From the NCBI RefSeq assembly GCF_001194135.2, contig NC_068984.1, positions 93,510,359-93,574,358 on the forward strand: 64,000 nt of DNA. The letters are read 5' to 3'. Below are positions 25,641 through 38,069 of the stretch, piece by piece (the first letter of the stretch is position 1; each line of letters begins with the position of its first letter). The translations under genes were made by a program, and so were the position numbers. A model generated the notes under the pieces. It searched no databases, was not told the origin of the DNA, and saw only the letters and a list, made by a program, of their open reading frames with translations. Source of the DNA: Octopus bimaculoides (taxonomy: Eukaryota).

Positions 25641-28600
25641 ACCAGATCAAAGCACCACGATCAACAGGCGCGAAAACAGGTTTTCTTTGTCCTATCAAAA
25701 AGTGATTGATCATCTCCCTTTGACCTACGACCTCAGCCATGTCAGGCGAAGTTCAAATGGACAGGAGCTGACCTATTTAGGTATAAACTCTGCTGCAGTA
25801 TGTCTGTGCTTCTAGCTGCCACAATTATTATAAATACAGTGGTCAACAGACAGACGAGAAGGAGAAAGGCCTAGCAGGCAAACAAGAAAGGTCTACGACA
25901 CGACAGCTTTTCGCAGAGATCCAGAGCAATGTTCGAAGTTCCATGGTAGACTGCTGTCTCAGATGAGCTACGTACACACACACACACACACACAAACATA
26001 TTCATTTCTGACATATCACTTCTACAGATGTACCCTGTTTCTATATCTAGCAACTTGTGGCAGTTGTCAACATTTTGCATGTAGTGAAGAATTATGTGTA
26101 CCAACGACAAATTAAGTCCAGTGAATAAATTATTTTTAACTATGAATCAATTCATTCATTTGTTTACTTCAAAGGCATACACATTCCTTTTGCATCTGTT
26201 CACCATGATACACATTTAACCACTACATTTGGTGATCCCGACGTGATGAATTGCAGCCTTCCCTTGAACAAGCTTCACCAACCAAACTGCATTTGGAAAA
26301 TGAAGACGCTTTTGTACTGCAGTTGAATTTTCTATTTCGGCACTACGCTTCGTGATCCCATCGAAGAATCACAGCTTCCACATCACCCAACAAAGAAACA
26401 GAACTGAGAATTCCTGCGAACATGATGGCTTTCCCAGAACAGAACCCAGTGGAAAACATATCCTTGGTCGACATGGCGTTCCAGGCAGCTATTCCTTCCA
26501 CCNNNNNNNNNNNNNNNNNNNNNNNNNNNNNNNNNNNNNNNNNNNNNNNNNNNNNNNNNNNNNNNNNNNNNNNNNNNNNNNNNNNNNNNNNNNNNNNNNN
26601 NNNNNNNNNNNNNNNNNNNNNNNNNNNNNNNNNNNNNNNNNNNNNNNNNNNNNNNNNNNNNNNNNNNNNNNNNNNNNNNNNNNNNNNNNNNNNNNNNNNN
26701 NNNNNNNNNNNNNNNNNNNNNNNNNNNNNNNNNNNNNNNNNNNNNNNNNNNNNNNNNNNNNNNNNNNNNNNNNNNNNNNNCACGTAAAATGTGTTGGTAC
26801 CACCGATAATTCAGAACACGGGCACAAAAATGCACAATTCCATGCTCATTTTCATCACCTAGTTCAGGAAACGACACAGCCAGGAATTGAACGAGACAGA
26901 AGGTCCTGGCTCGCACCAACAAAGTCGCCTGTTTTTCGGTTGCAATCGTGTAAAAAGCACGCATTTCCTGGTTGACACTGGCGCAGAAGTCAGCATCATC
27001 CCTGTTTCCACCACTTCAGGAAAAAGAAAAGAGACACCAGTCTGTCTTCAGGCAGTTAACCACTCACCCATTCCAACCTACGGTGAATAGTTCCTAATGC
27101 TGAACTTAGGACTACACCGCACCTTTCAGTGGGTATCTGTCATTGTTAAGCTACCAACCCCTATCTTAGGAGCCAATTTCCTGCATCATTTCGGTCTCCT
27201 GGTAGATATTAAAAACAGACGACTTGTCAACAGCACCACACAGCTTACTGTGCGCGGCATAGCCGCTTGTATTGCCACAGTCAGCCCAACTATACTGCTC
27301 ACAACATCGACTCGCCACAGTGCTATCCTGAAAGAATAACCGGATGTTGCTCGACCAGTATTCCACAACCAGTTAATCAAGCACGAAGTCACCCACCACA
27401 CCAAAACTAGCGGTCCGCCTGTTGCTGCAAGACCCAGAAGGTTACCACCTGATCGTCTCAAGGCTGTCAAGCGGGAATTCCAGCACATGCTCAACCTTGG
27501 AATCATCTGCCCGTCCAGCAGTAACTGGTCCTCACTGATTCACTGCATCCCCAAAAAATCATTGACCGATTGGCGAGTCTGTAGTGATTATCGATCGCTG
27601 AATAAAAGTACTGTAAGTGATGCATATCCAGTCCCCTATTTGCAGGATTTATCTAGCTCGCTGCATGGAGCTCACATCTTTTCCAAGATCAACCTTCTGC
27701 AAGCATACAACCAAATCCCAGTGGAACCTGTGGACATACCCAAAACAGCAGTTATGACACCCTTCGGAATGTTTGAATTCCTGTGTATGCCTTTTGATCT
27801 ACGCAACACAGCACAAACATTCCAAAGGTTTATCGACATGGTTACTAGAGGGTTGCCTTTCGTCTATGCCTACATAGATGACATACTCGTGGCCAGTAGC
27901 TTCGACGAAAAAACTGACCAACACCTGCACCTGCTATTCGAACGGCTCTGCAAATACAGTGTTGTCATCAACCCCAGCAAGTGTTCGTTCAGAGTTGCTT
28001 CCCTTCATTTTCTCAAGCACATCGTTGATAAGGATGGCATTTGTTCCCTTCCCGAGAAAGTCAAGGCCATTGTGGATTTTCCATCTCCCACATCTCCCCG
28101 CAAATTAAGGGAATATCTGGGTCTAGCGAATTTCTATTGAAGGTTCATACCCCACATCGCTGAGATAGCGCAACCGCTCATGGATATGCTATGCCAGCGA
28201 ACTTGCAAAAATACGAATATTGCCCTAAATGAAGATCAACTCGCCTCTTTCGCTACCCTGAAAAAAGCGTTATCCAATGCTACCATGTTAGTTTATCCAA
28301 AACCAGATGCCCCACTGTGTTTACTTGCTGATGCATCCGATTCCGGAGTGGGAGGTGTACTTCAGCAGCTTGTTGACGGCATATGGCAACCGTTGTCCTT
28401 CTTTTCTAAGCGATTAAAACCCGCGGAAAGGAAATACAGTACATTCAGTTGGGAATTATTAGCAGCATACCTGGCCATTAAGCATGCTAGAAAGTACCAA
28501 TTTTGCCATATACACCAACCACAAACCACTGGTATATTCATTTAACACCAAGCTGGATCGGCACTCGCCGAGAGAAATCCACCACCTCGGCTTCATATCG

Positions 28601-29935
28601 CAGTATACGACGGATATACACCACATCAAAGGGACGACCAACTTAGCAATCGATGCACTTTCATGCACGCAGATCAATGCTATCCACACCACGGCTACAA
28701 TTGATTTGGCACATATAGCAGCTGACCAGGAGAATGACGAAGAACTTCTAAAGCGCCGGAATTCGTCATCTCTGAAATTTCAGCATGTTCCGCTACCATC
28801 GTCCATGACCCATATTTGGTGTGATATCTCCACCGGTCACCAACGCCCTTACATACCATAGAAACATTGTCAAGAAATTTTCTCTGCTCTGCATTCTCTG
28901 TCACATCCTGGTATTTGCTCCACTCAAAAGCTGATATCAACCCGTTTTGGTGGACCAGTATCAACAAGGATATCAGAGAATGGACCACATGCGGTGTCGC
29001 GTGCCAAAAAGTGAAAATCTACCAGCACATAAAATCACCAATCGGTTCCTTTCCGCAACTTGACGCACGATTTCAGCACGTTCACATTGACATCGTGGGA
29101 CCCCTGCAACCATCGCAGAATTATACATATTTGCTTACCTGCGTAGATCGTTTTTCGCAGTGGCCTGAAGTTTGGCCCTTATCTGATACATTGGCAGAAA
29201 CGGTCGCCAAGACGTTGATATCACAATGGGTTTCTCATTTTGGCACACCCGCAACAACCACCGCCGACAGAGGACATCAGTTTGATTCCCACCTCTTCAC
29301 CGAGCTGACTCGTCTCCTCGGGTGTAAACACACGCACACTACGGCTTACCACCCTGCAGCAAATGGCATGGTCGAACGTTTTCACTGCCAACTCAAGGCA
29401 TCCATAAAAGCTTCTTCAGACAGTTCTCACTGGCTGGAACATCTCCCCCTCATCCTTCTTGGTATTCGATCCACGGTTAAGGAGGAATCTGGATATACTC
29501 CAGCTGAACTCGTCTATGGCACAGCACTCACCTTACCAGGGCAGATGATCGAACCTGTTTCATCACAACACCTTCCTGACCCAGCACAATATGTGCACCG
29601 ATTGCGGACATCCATGTTACATTTGTCACCTGCAGGCCCCAGACAACAGAACGTGGTTTCACATGTCCCAAAAGACATCAACACTTGGACTCATGTTTTC
29701 GTGAGGAATGATGGGATACCATCTCAACTTCCGCCACCATATTCCAGGCTCTACAAAGTTATCAAAAGAGAACCCAAGTATTTTGTTCTTGATATTGGAG
29801 GTAAACGAAATACGGTATTGATTGATCGTTTGAAAAAAGCCTTTATTGAGGGGGACTTACATTCGGTTCCCTCCGTACCTCAAACGGACTCACAAACTCC
29901 AGCAAATACTACAGATTCTGCACTTTCGAACTCAC
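25640..29935 (+). mobile_element. Gypsy/Ty3 LTR retrotransposon 2, 3'-truncated, full pol domain set but degenerate
   Basis: 5' LTR ending ACA at 26227, protease FLVDTGAEVSII, RT YIDDILVAS, RNase H LADASDSGVG, integrase HVHIDIVGP / DRGHQF / GMVERFH. No 3' LTR seen. The LTR start is approximate. Confidence 0.9.
26230..26247 (+). promoter_or_regulatory. Primer binding site, tRNA-Trp type
   Basis: TGGTGATCCCGACGTGAT is 17/18 complementary to the eukaryotic tRNA-Trp 3' end (ATCACGTCGGGGTCACCA) and lies 2 nt after the LTR. Confidence 0.8.
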
Positions 29936-31140
29936 TCCATGTGAGGGGAGCAAAGGCTGCGATGAAGAGGTTGAAAAGAATAGGAGCAAGTACACAGCAT
30001 TATTTCATACTGATGCTGACATCAAAAGGGTCTGATTCTTGACCGTCAATGGCTACACAAGTTTTCATGCCCTCATGGGACAATTGGATGAATTGCAAAA
30101 GCTTTCGTGGACACACAATCTTCTGCAGAAGGCTCCAGAGAAGCTTGCAATTTAGTGTCAAACACCTTTGATAAATTCATGAAAATCAAGCAGAGATCAT
30201 GATACTGTTCTCTTCCCCTCTTGAATTTAGCATGCAACAAAGATCATGTGAGTGGTACTGTGATTCCTACAGAAAACACACTATGGCTCTTGGAGAACAC
30301 TATGACTCTCAGAGAACTCTCTCTGTGAGAAGGGAGATGGAATGGGAGAAAAAATGCAAGCAAACATTTTCCCAGCCACCGCCAGAATGAAAATTCTGCA
30401 ACTATTTTTGCAGATGGCAGGATCACCCTTTCTCTTGTAGATGGAGATGATGATGCTCATATTTTCCCACACTTGAGGAAGAAGGTTGGTGTCTCAGGTG
30501 GCCCTGAACAGTCTGAGAAGATGGCTGTGCAGTGTGATGCTACTATACTTGTAGATTTTAGATCTGCTGTCCGATCCAGATGACTTTCTGTTATGGAGAG
30601 ATCAGATTGCCCAAAAGACCTCTTCAAAGGAGTTCAGAGCTCTTCAATGATGGGAAGGCTGAGAAACTGACTCAGAATAGCTGGATCAACCTCATTATGA
30701 CAGTTGAGAAGATCTTTGAAATATTATGAACATGGAGAGAGAATTTGGTCAGAATCCTTCAGAAAAATGTTTCCGTCAACACTGCAAACAGATATGTTGT
30801 GCTTCGATGTTGGACCATAAATAGCTTTTGTTGGCTCCATAGTAGTAACTGTCATTGGTGTCAGAGTAGCACTGGATCTCTTCAGCTTTCTTAATCCACC
30901 ATCTGTTCTCCATTTGCTGCAAGAGGTGTTGGGCATCAGAGCAATGGGGGCAACACTCATCTCTAAGATGTAAGATTTACAAGGAACGCATTGTGTGAAT
31001 TGTTCTTCACTACAAGAATATCATGGATTTCTACCTGGTTGTTATCAAACCAGTATTGATGATAGTATTTGGTGAAGCTGAGAGCTTTTTGAATGAAGCA
31101 AGATACGTCCTAAAACATCCAAATTCATTTTTAAAGAAGT
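29936..31140 (-). mobile_element. RTE (BovB-like) LINE fragment, second family
   Basis: Minus-strand peptides ISIYKRKGDPAICKN, STTHMIF, LSKVFD and CVLAPILFNLF. Confidence 0.75.
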
Positions 31141-31172
31141 TAGGTAACAACAATTATTTATATATCTTTTAT

Positions 31173-31550
31173 CTTTTACTTGTTTCAGTCATTTGATTTC
31201 AGCCATGCTGGAGCACTGCCTTGAAGGGTTTTAGTCAAACAAATCGACCCCAGGATTCCCCTACCCCTTAACCCTAGTACTTACTCTATCAGTCTCTTTT
31301 GCTGAACTACTAAGTTGCAGGGGTATAAACACACCTACAACAGTTGTCAAGTGGTGGTGGTGACAAACACAGACACAAAGACACACACATACACAACAGG
31401 CTTCTTTCAGTTTCCATCTATCAAATCCACTCTCAAGGTCTTGGTTGGTCCAACACTATAGTAAAATACACTTGCCCAAGATGTCACACAGTGGGATTGA
31501 ACCCTGAACCATGTGTTCGGGAAGCAAGCTTCTTACTACACAGTCATGCT
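31173..31550 (-). mobile_element. tRNA-derived CORE-like SINE
   Basis: Minus-strand head with A/B-box-like motifs and a CORE-like cttgggcaagtg segment. Homologous to 37532-37905 and 40864-41200. Confidence 0.8.
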
Positions 31551-31594
31551 TGAAATAATTTTAAAATAAAATAAAAAATTGTTGGTGTCCTTCA

Positions 31595-31618
31595 GAGAAA
31601 GAGAGAGGGAGAGAGAGA

Positions 31619-31665
<47 letters not shown>
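31595..31665. repeat. (GA)n(TG)n microsatellite
   Basis: Seen directly in the sequence. Confidence 0.95.
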
Positions 31666-31675
<10 letters not shown>

Positions 31676-32791
31676 TATATTTTCTCACATTTTTGTTAAC
31701 TGAGAATGGGATGAAGTTGTGTAGTGATAGTTGAGCTATTTTTTTATTGGTTTTAATTGATTTACATCATTATATCACTCTCTTAATTTACATATGCATT
31801 GACAATCTCAACAGTAGTATTAACATTTTAAACACATCTCTGAGTTTAGCCATTAAGCCTCACCAGCATTTTGTTCAGTTGTTTTTTCTTATTACTTATT
31901 TTACTTTATTATTATTGAGAACTTTTAATAATGGAAGAGGAATATATGTTATAAATTTGCAAAATCTAGTTATTACTTTTCATTTCTAAAACATAAATCA
32001 TGTATAACGGCGACTGAGTTCATTAAAATATCAGTTTTTAAAATGTTTTACAATTTATACTGTGTACCAATAGTGGTACATGATGCAGGTTGGGACAGTT
32101 ACCCGTGTACTGTATATGGTGCACAATGTGGCTAAAGTGTTAATTGAGGATTCTGACCACATGAAATGTTACCCCTTTGACTGAATTATCATTCCAAAGG
32201 AACGTTAGCATTTCCTTGCAGAACTGAGCTCAATGATCCAAGCTATCCTCAATGTATGTATCATGAAAGAAAACTTAAATCTTTTAGAATGCATCAAATG
32301 ATGTTTGACTGATATTCAAATGACATGAAATAAGCATATAAAACCTGAGGATGGTGTCCAGAAATACTGATGGAGTAACACTCTACTACCCTAATTGACA
32401 CTAGGTGCATCATTAATTGAAGCTGTACTCTCCTACTTGCTAAATAATCCTCTTGGATGAAGAACCACTCCTGAACTCCTCCTTCCACTGTCCTTGAAGA
32501 TACTGAAATTTAAAAAGTTTGCTTGACATGTACAACAATGCCTTAACATTACTATTTCTGAAGTAGTAACTAACCCATATTTCTGAAATGAAATGTGTGC
32601 ATATACATTTTGTACAATATTTATTTCATATTTTGAGTGGCTATTACACTTTGATTAAAAAATTATTTGAAAATGGTATCACAATAACAAATTATGACAG
32701 ACCATGTATTTATAATACTAGTATGTATGAATACACATGCGCATATAAATTCAATAAAAAGAATTTAAAAATACATTGAAGTAACACTCAC

Positions 32792-32964
32792 CAGGGTTAG
32801 TGTATTCGTGTCAGACTTACTTGTAGCCAATGTTACAAGAGTTTCCAATAAGAACTTAAATGATTCATGTATTGCTTGTTGAATATCATGATTTGCAGAT
32901 AAGTTGACAGATATAATTTGAATCAGGCATTTGATGATGATTGGAAGCAGTTTAAGACTATGCA
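32792..32964 (-). CDS. NCAPG2: Host gene exon (173 nt, phase 1-0): xHSLKLLPIIIKCLIQIISVNLSANHDIQQAIHESFKFLLETLVTLATSKSDTNTLTL
   Basis: Acceptor tttttattattcag, donor CTG|GTGAGT. AIHESFKFLLETLV parallels the recalled TVQKVFQKMLECIA. Confidence 0.7.
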
Positions 32965-32972
32965 CTGAATAA

Positions 32973-33005
<33 letters not shown>

Positions 33006-33263
33006 AATAAAAAAAATATATATATAAAAAAAAATATATATATATATAAAAAAAAAATATATATATATATAAAAAAAAAATNNNNNNNNNNNNNNNNNNN
33101 NNNNNNNNNNNNNNNNNNNNNNNNNNNNNNNNNNNNNNNNNNNNNNNNNNNNNNNNNNNNNNNNNNNNNNNNNNNNNNNNNNNNNNNNNNNNNNNNNNNN
33201 NNNNNNNNNNNNNNNNNNNNNNNNNNNNNNNNNNNNNNNNNNNNNNNNNNNNNNNNNNNNNNN

Positions 33264-33425
33264 ATATGTAACCTTGTGGGCATCGGTACCATTTTCCTCT
33301 TTCTCCGTTCTTCCATTCTCCGAACTTTCCATCTTTCCGACGAAGGGCTACGCCCGAAACGTCATACACTCTCTCTTTCCTTTCCTGAGCGTCCAATAAT
33401 ACTATCCATATCACGTCCTCACTTT
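33264..33425 (+). mobile_element. Penelope-like terminal repeat fragment with hammerhead-like motif
   Basis: CCGACGA-A-GGGC-TAC-GCCC-GAAAC-GTC at 33337-33363, in a pyrimidine-rich context typical of Penelope termini. Confidence 0.55.
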
Positions 33426-33451
33426 GTTGTTTTTTTGTTATTGTTTTTTTG

Positions 33452-33486
<35 letters not shown>

Positions 33487-34063
33487 CACACGAGTGAATA
33501 GACAAACAAAAGAAGAGTATTCAACACAGTTATTGGGAGTTACATTCATGGATCAAAACAGTTTGATTCAAACTCCTTCCTACTCTGAGATTAAAGCATG
33601 ATGCTAGTCTTTGGCCATAGGAATTTGAAATGAAGAAAGTCAAATGTTTATTACCAGATGTTAGCCTGCAATTGGTCAAAAAAGGTCATTTGGTATCAGA
33701 GTTTGATGGTATTTCAGCGACAACAATTACTTGGAAAATGCTGCATGGTGGACAGGAAATCAGTGATGTGGTTGGGGGAGGGGAGGAGGAAGAGGCAATA
33801 GATGTGTGAGCATATACGTATATATGTGTATATATGTGCTTATATATCTATGTGCGCGGGGGGATCTGTATTTATGCGAATGTGTGTATGCATGCATAGG
33901 TGTACATTCACACATCTATGCATACACCTGTACACACACATGTATGTATGCAAATATATACATGCACTCAAACAAAACATGCACACACACATTGTTCCAT
34001 ATGTATATACGCATATGAACACTTATGTGCACGCGTGTGCAAATGTGCACAAGTATACAGACA

Positions 34064-34913
34064 TGCATGTGTATATGCATACTAGTGAGTACGTATACAG
34101 TGAGCAGATGTATAAATACACACATGTATATATACTTCTGTGGTTATGTACAAAAGGTGAGAGTATGCGGGTAGATAGGCATGCAGAAGCATTAGAGATT
34201 GGTGATTTGCGGTGCTGCTCATGGAGGTTAGTGGTTGACAGTGACCTTTGTGCAGTGGGGCACCTGGTACTAAGGAGTATATCCAGGTTGTCAGCAGCAA
34301 GTGGCTTCAAATTTACCAGCAGAGGTAGCAATTAGGGGTGCCAGGTGAATATGGTGGCACCCTGTCGACAATAGTCACATATGAGCACATGCACTCATTC
34401 AGATACAGGTATAATGAGAACTCCACTTCCCTGTTGCTCTTTCTCTGGAGTCTCTGTGACCTGCAAGATGAAACACCCAACATCGAGTGGACTATTGTTG
34501 ACAGGGTGCCACCATAATCACCCAGCGCTCCTAATTGCCAGCATTGCCTCCACAAAAAACTGCACATCAACTACCAACTCGCAGTATCCAACAACAAATA
34601 TGCTCTATCCTATTGCTGTCACCAGAGATATACTGTTCTGGTAAACTTCAAGCCACTTGCTGCCGATAACCCGGATACACTTCCTTAGTATGAGCTGTGC
34701 CCCTGCACTGCCTGCACCATGGTCATTGTTACCAACTAACCTCCATGAACAGCACTACAAATTACCAATCTCCAATGTTTCTGCATACCTGCCTATCTGC
34801 ATATTCTCACCCTTGGTACATAACCACAAAAGTATATATACACACATGCATATACCTCTACACACCATATACATACACAGATATATACACACTAGTATGC
34901 ATATACACATGCA
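34064..34913. repeat. Long imperfect inverted repeat (foldback)
   Basis: 24-bp perfect match 34064-87/34890-913, 36/40 match 34129-68/34799-838 and 24/25 match 34352-76/34490-514, with a 113-nt spacer. Confidence 0.9.
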
Positions 34914-35393
34914 AACTAGTATATGTGTGCACCCATGTGTGTTCATGTATGTATGCTCACACTTATGTGCACATGTGTACATATACATGGCCAAAGATTA
35001 GCATCCTATGGCCAAAGACTAGCATCATGCTTGGAACTCAGAGTACCAAGGAGTTTAAATCAAATTGTTTTGATCCATACACACACACATATATTGAGAG
35101 AGAGATTAAATTCTGTAAAAAGATCTGCACATGAAAGAAGTTGGAGTATTCAATTCCTCTCTACAACTATCAAAATTGGATTTTATGCAATGAGATTATC
35201 TTAACAAATTGTGAACATAAAGAATACTACTGCATGTTAATCACCTTAACTGAATGAAAGTGTGTAGTCTCTGAGCAATGATATATAAAATGTCTGTCAT
35301 ATCTTTCAGAAGCCTTTATTCATGCAGCCATGTAGGGAAAAGAAGGTAAGATTGTGAATTATTAACTAGGTCTTAACTTATCCATTGATTTAA

Positions 35394-35609
35394 CCCTTTA
35401 GCATTCAGATTACTCTGTCAAATGCAATGCTTATTTATTCACATTGTTTAAAATTAATCATGCATTATCTCATTGCTTCAAGACTTCAATGATGTGATTG
35501 TTTGTTTTTAGAATGACATTGTAGGGAATGTGAGAGAGGTTGGTTTTGGCCAGTTTGAATATAAAACAAAATATTTTTGCCAGATATGGCTAGTTTAAAT
35601 GCTAAAGGG
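35394..35609. mobile_element. piggyBac-type MITE (216 bp), same family as 23142-23338
   Basis: TTAA at 35390-93 and 35610-13. TIR CCCTTTAGCATT / AATGCTAAAGGG. Interior homologous to the 23.1-kb copy. Confidence 0.9.
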
Positions 35610-36603
35610 TTAAATATCTATAATCATTCACCAATGAAATAGCAAGTGGTTTCAAAACAAATTTGACTTAGCCAGTAACAGTAGTTAACAGTTATTTTAG
35701 ATACAAGCACAAATACAGAATATTTTTTAATTAAGTGAATCAGAGAGATAATGAAATGTATACAAACCATTAGTAAAACAGCAGTGGAACAGTTCACTAA
35801 GAAGATAATACTGAGTTTCATTTATTTTAAACATCAGTAGATATGTGTGGGTCAAAGTAAAAAGGTGCTGAAAAAACAAAAGTGATCCAATGAAGTTCCA
35901 AATAAAACTAAGGTCATTGTTATCATCACCATCACTAATGTAGTAATGAAATTTAAATGAGTATTCTTACTTAAATTTGAACATGTTTATATGGGTGTTC
36001 ATGGACATGTTAATAAAAAGTTGATATCAATTATACTGGATTTGAAAAAATCAGGTCTAACAAGATCAAGATGTATAATAATAACCAGGCACGGGCTGTA
36101 TAGCCTATGCAATATATTTTAAGATGGAAAAGTAGATGTTAAGCTACAATAATTTACAGCATAAATTATGTGGTTTTTTTAATATCCTTTTAGGTATCAC
36201 TCCTACATCTATTTTATTTTTTATAAAATTCAACCTACTTTAACCATTTTATTGCAAAGCTGCCTAAAACAACCCTCTCAAATCCATCCAAGATAACTGG
36301 TTCATATTTAAATGAGAATTTTAGTGCACATCTCAATAGTAGATTTGTGAAAACGACTGATTTTACTCTGAAAAAATTTAAGTTACAGTGTCTGACATTA
36401 TTTGATGTGATATCTGAGATCTGTGAATTTTGGAGGAGTTTTTTTTCCACAACAATTTTCTGAAATGTTTTACTATGGGCAAAAATTGGATACCAGTTTC
36501 ATATCATCAATCTGAATTCTGAATGATTTTTCAAAAGAAAACCTGGAAAAATCTAAAATGTATATGGTGAACATAAAAGATACGTGTGTGATTAAGAATT
36601 GGA

Positions 36604-37143
36604 TTATTTACATTTGATGGATATTTGTCTTCATCTTGTTTGATGTTAACACAACGTTTCAACTAATATACCCTCCAGCCTTCACCAGGTGTCTTGGGAA
36701 AATTTTGAACCTGGGTTCTCATTCCTATTTTTCGATATTATCATTATTATTATTATTAATCAGGTCAATGCCCGGAATCAAACTCGGAATCTTGGGTTTA
36801 GTAGCTCACGCTCTTAACCACTACACCATATGCCTGTAGGCAATTATGGAGTGAATTTTAGGGCATATAAATCTAATATTTTCCTATCCTTCCTTAATAC
36901 CGGATCCCATATGCTACTCATATCTGCACTCAGTCTGCTTAGGAGGTTGTTGTGTCCTAGTATATGTGCTGCTCTTCTTTTAGTTTTCATATTTTCCAGT
37001 GGTGTTCTCTGTTTATTATTTTAACTTCATCCCACAGGATGGTACATCAGCCGAAATGTTGTGTTAACAACAAACAAGATGAGGACAAATATTCGTCAAA
37101 TGTAAATAATGTACACAATTCTTCATCTCTTAAATATAGAACT
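36604..37143 (-). mobile_element. Penelope-like 3' end with embedded tRNA-like unit and an inverted terminal repeat copy
   Basis: GIY-YIG-type tail peptide SSIWDPVLRK (~36890-36925), tRNA-like unit 36761-36834, terminal repeat 36604-36700 with an inverted partial copy at 37040-37110. Confidence 0.65.
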
Positions 37144-37149
37144 GTATGA

Positions 37150-37500
37150 ATTGGATATTTTGATTTCTAAAAATGAAACAAGTGATTCTGACAACTCTGA
37201 TAGCAATGAAGACAATGAATTTGTATCTGAATGGAATAACCATTTCAAAACTGTTTTTCTTAATGATTTTCTTAGAAGAGACTGGGCCTATCTACAGTCT
37301 TTCTAAGACAATAAAATCATTAGTTTATTTATTATTCTTTTTCCTCTTAAGTTTGTTTGAAGCGATCACTGCACAAACTAATTGTTACACAGAATATAAA
37401 CAAAGAACAAACCTGAGCATTTTTTTGCTATCAAGATTATTATAATAAAGCTATCCAGAATTACAAACTGATAAATAATCCAGTAATGCGTGCAATTCTA
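37150..37500 (+). pseudogene. piggyBac transposase N-terminal relic
   Basis: DSDNSDSNEDNEFVSEW...FLEETGP...FEAITAQTNCY is collinear with the N-terminus of the transposase at 1734-2130. Confidence 0.6.
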
Positions 37501-37531
37501 TATTAAAATTTTGTGGTATACTCAATTGAAT

Positions 37532-37905
37532 CTTTTACTTGTTTCAGTAATTTGACTCCAGCCATACTGGGACACTGGTTTAGAGGGTTTTCATCAAACA
37601 AATTGACTCTAGAACTTATTATCTTATGAAGCCTAATACCTATTCATCAGTCTCTTTTGCCAAACTAAGTTACAGAGAAATAAACTACAACTGGTTGTCA
37701 AGTGGTGGTGGAGGACAAACACACACATATATATATACATACACACAATGGGCTTCTTTCAGTTTCTGTCTGCGAAATCCACCCACAAGGCTTTGATCAG
37801 CACATGGCTATAGCAGATGACACTTGCCAAAGGTGCCACGCAGTGGAACTGAACTCGGAACCATGTGGTTGAGAAGAAAGTTTCTAACCATACAGCCACA
37901 CCTGA
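37532..37905 (-). mobile_element. tRNA-derived CORE-like SINE
   Basis: Homologous to 40864-41200. Confidence 0.8.
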
Positions 37906-38069
37906 GCCTGAATATTAGCTAATGACTCATTTTCTCTGATAATATTGAACAGAATTTAAATAATTTTATATTTTGTTGAATTTGTCTCAATTTATCCACT
38001 TTGGGACAAAAATAATGCAACAACATACATCAACATGCCTCCATTTAAGCATCTCAACAACCTTAATAG

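Noticed and set aside
32345-32502. Open phase 1-0 exon-like segment that could be mutually exclusive with 32964-32792
   Set aside because: No similarity to the neighbouring exon or to the expected protein, and a weak GTTTTA donor. Likely chance.
33802-35204. Cluster of overlapping His/Tyr/Cys/Met-rich ORFs
   Set aside because: Translations of CA/TG/TA-rich low-complexity foldback arms, not protein-coding.
35310-35345. Plus-strand 36-nt micro-exon (tctttcag ... AAG|GTAAGA)
   Set aside because: Isolated, with no partner exons. Such matches are expected by chance in 64 kb.
35624-36459. Open frames with splice-like signals (36459/36367-36239, 35810 onward) as NCAPG2 exons, and the idea of a pseudogenised 3' half
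   Set aside because: Their phases do not connect to the 32964 exon. Better-matching intact exons exist downstream (32964, 22988, 22207), so the gene is not simply decayed.
36761-36834. Functional tRNA gene
   Set aside because: Acceptor and anticodon stems pair poorly and it is followed by a (TAA)n tail inside a retroelement. Treated as tRNA-derived.
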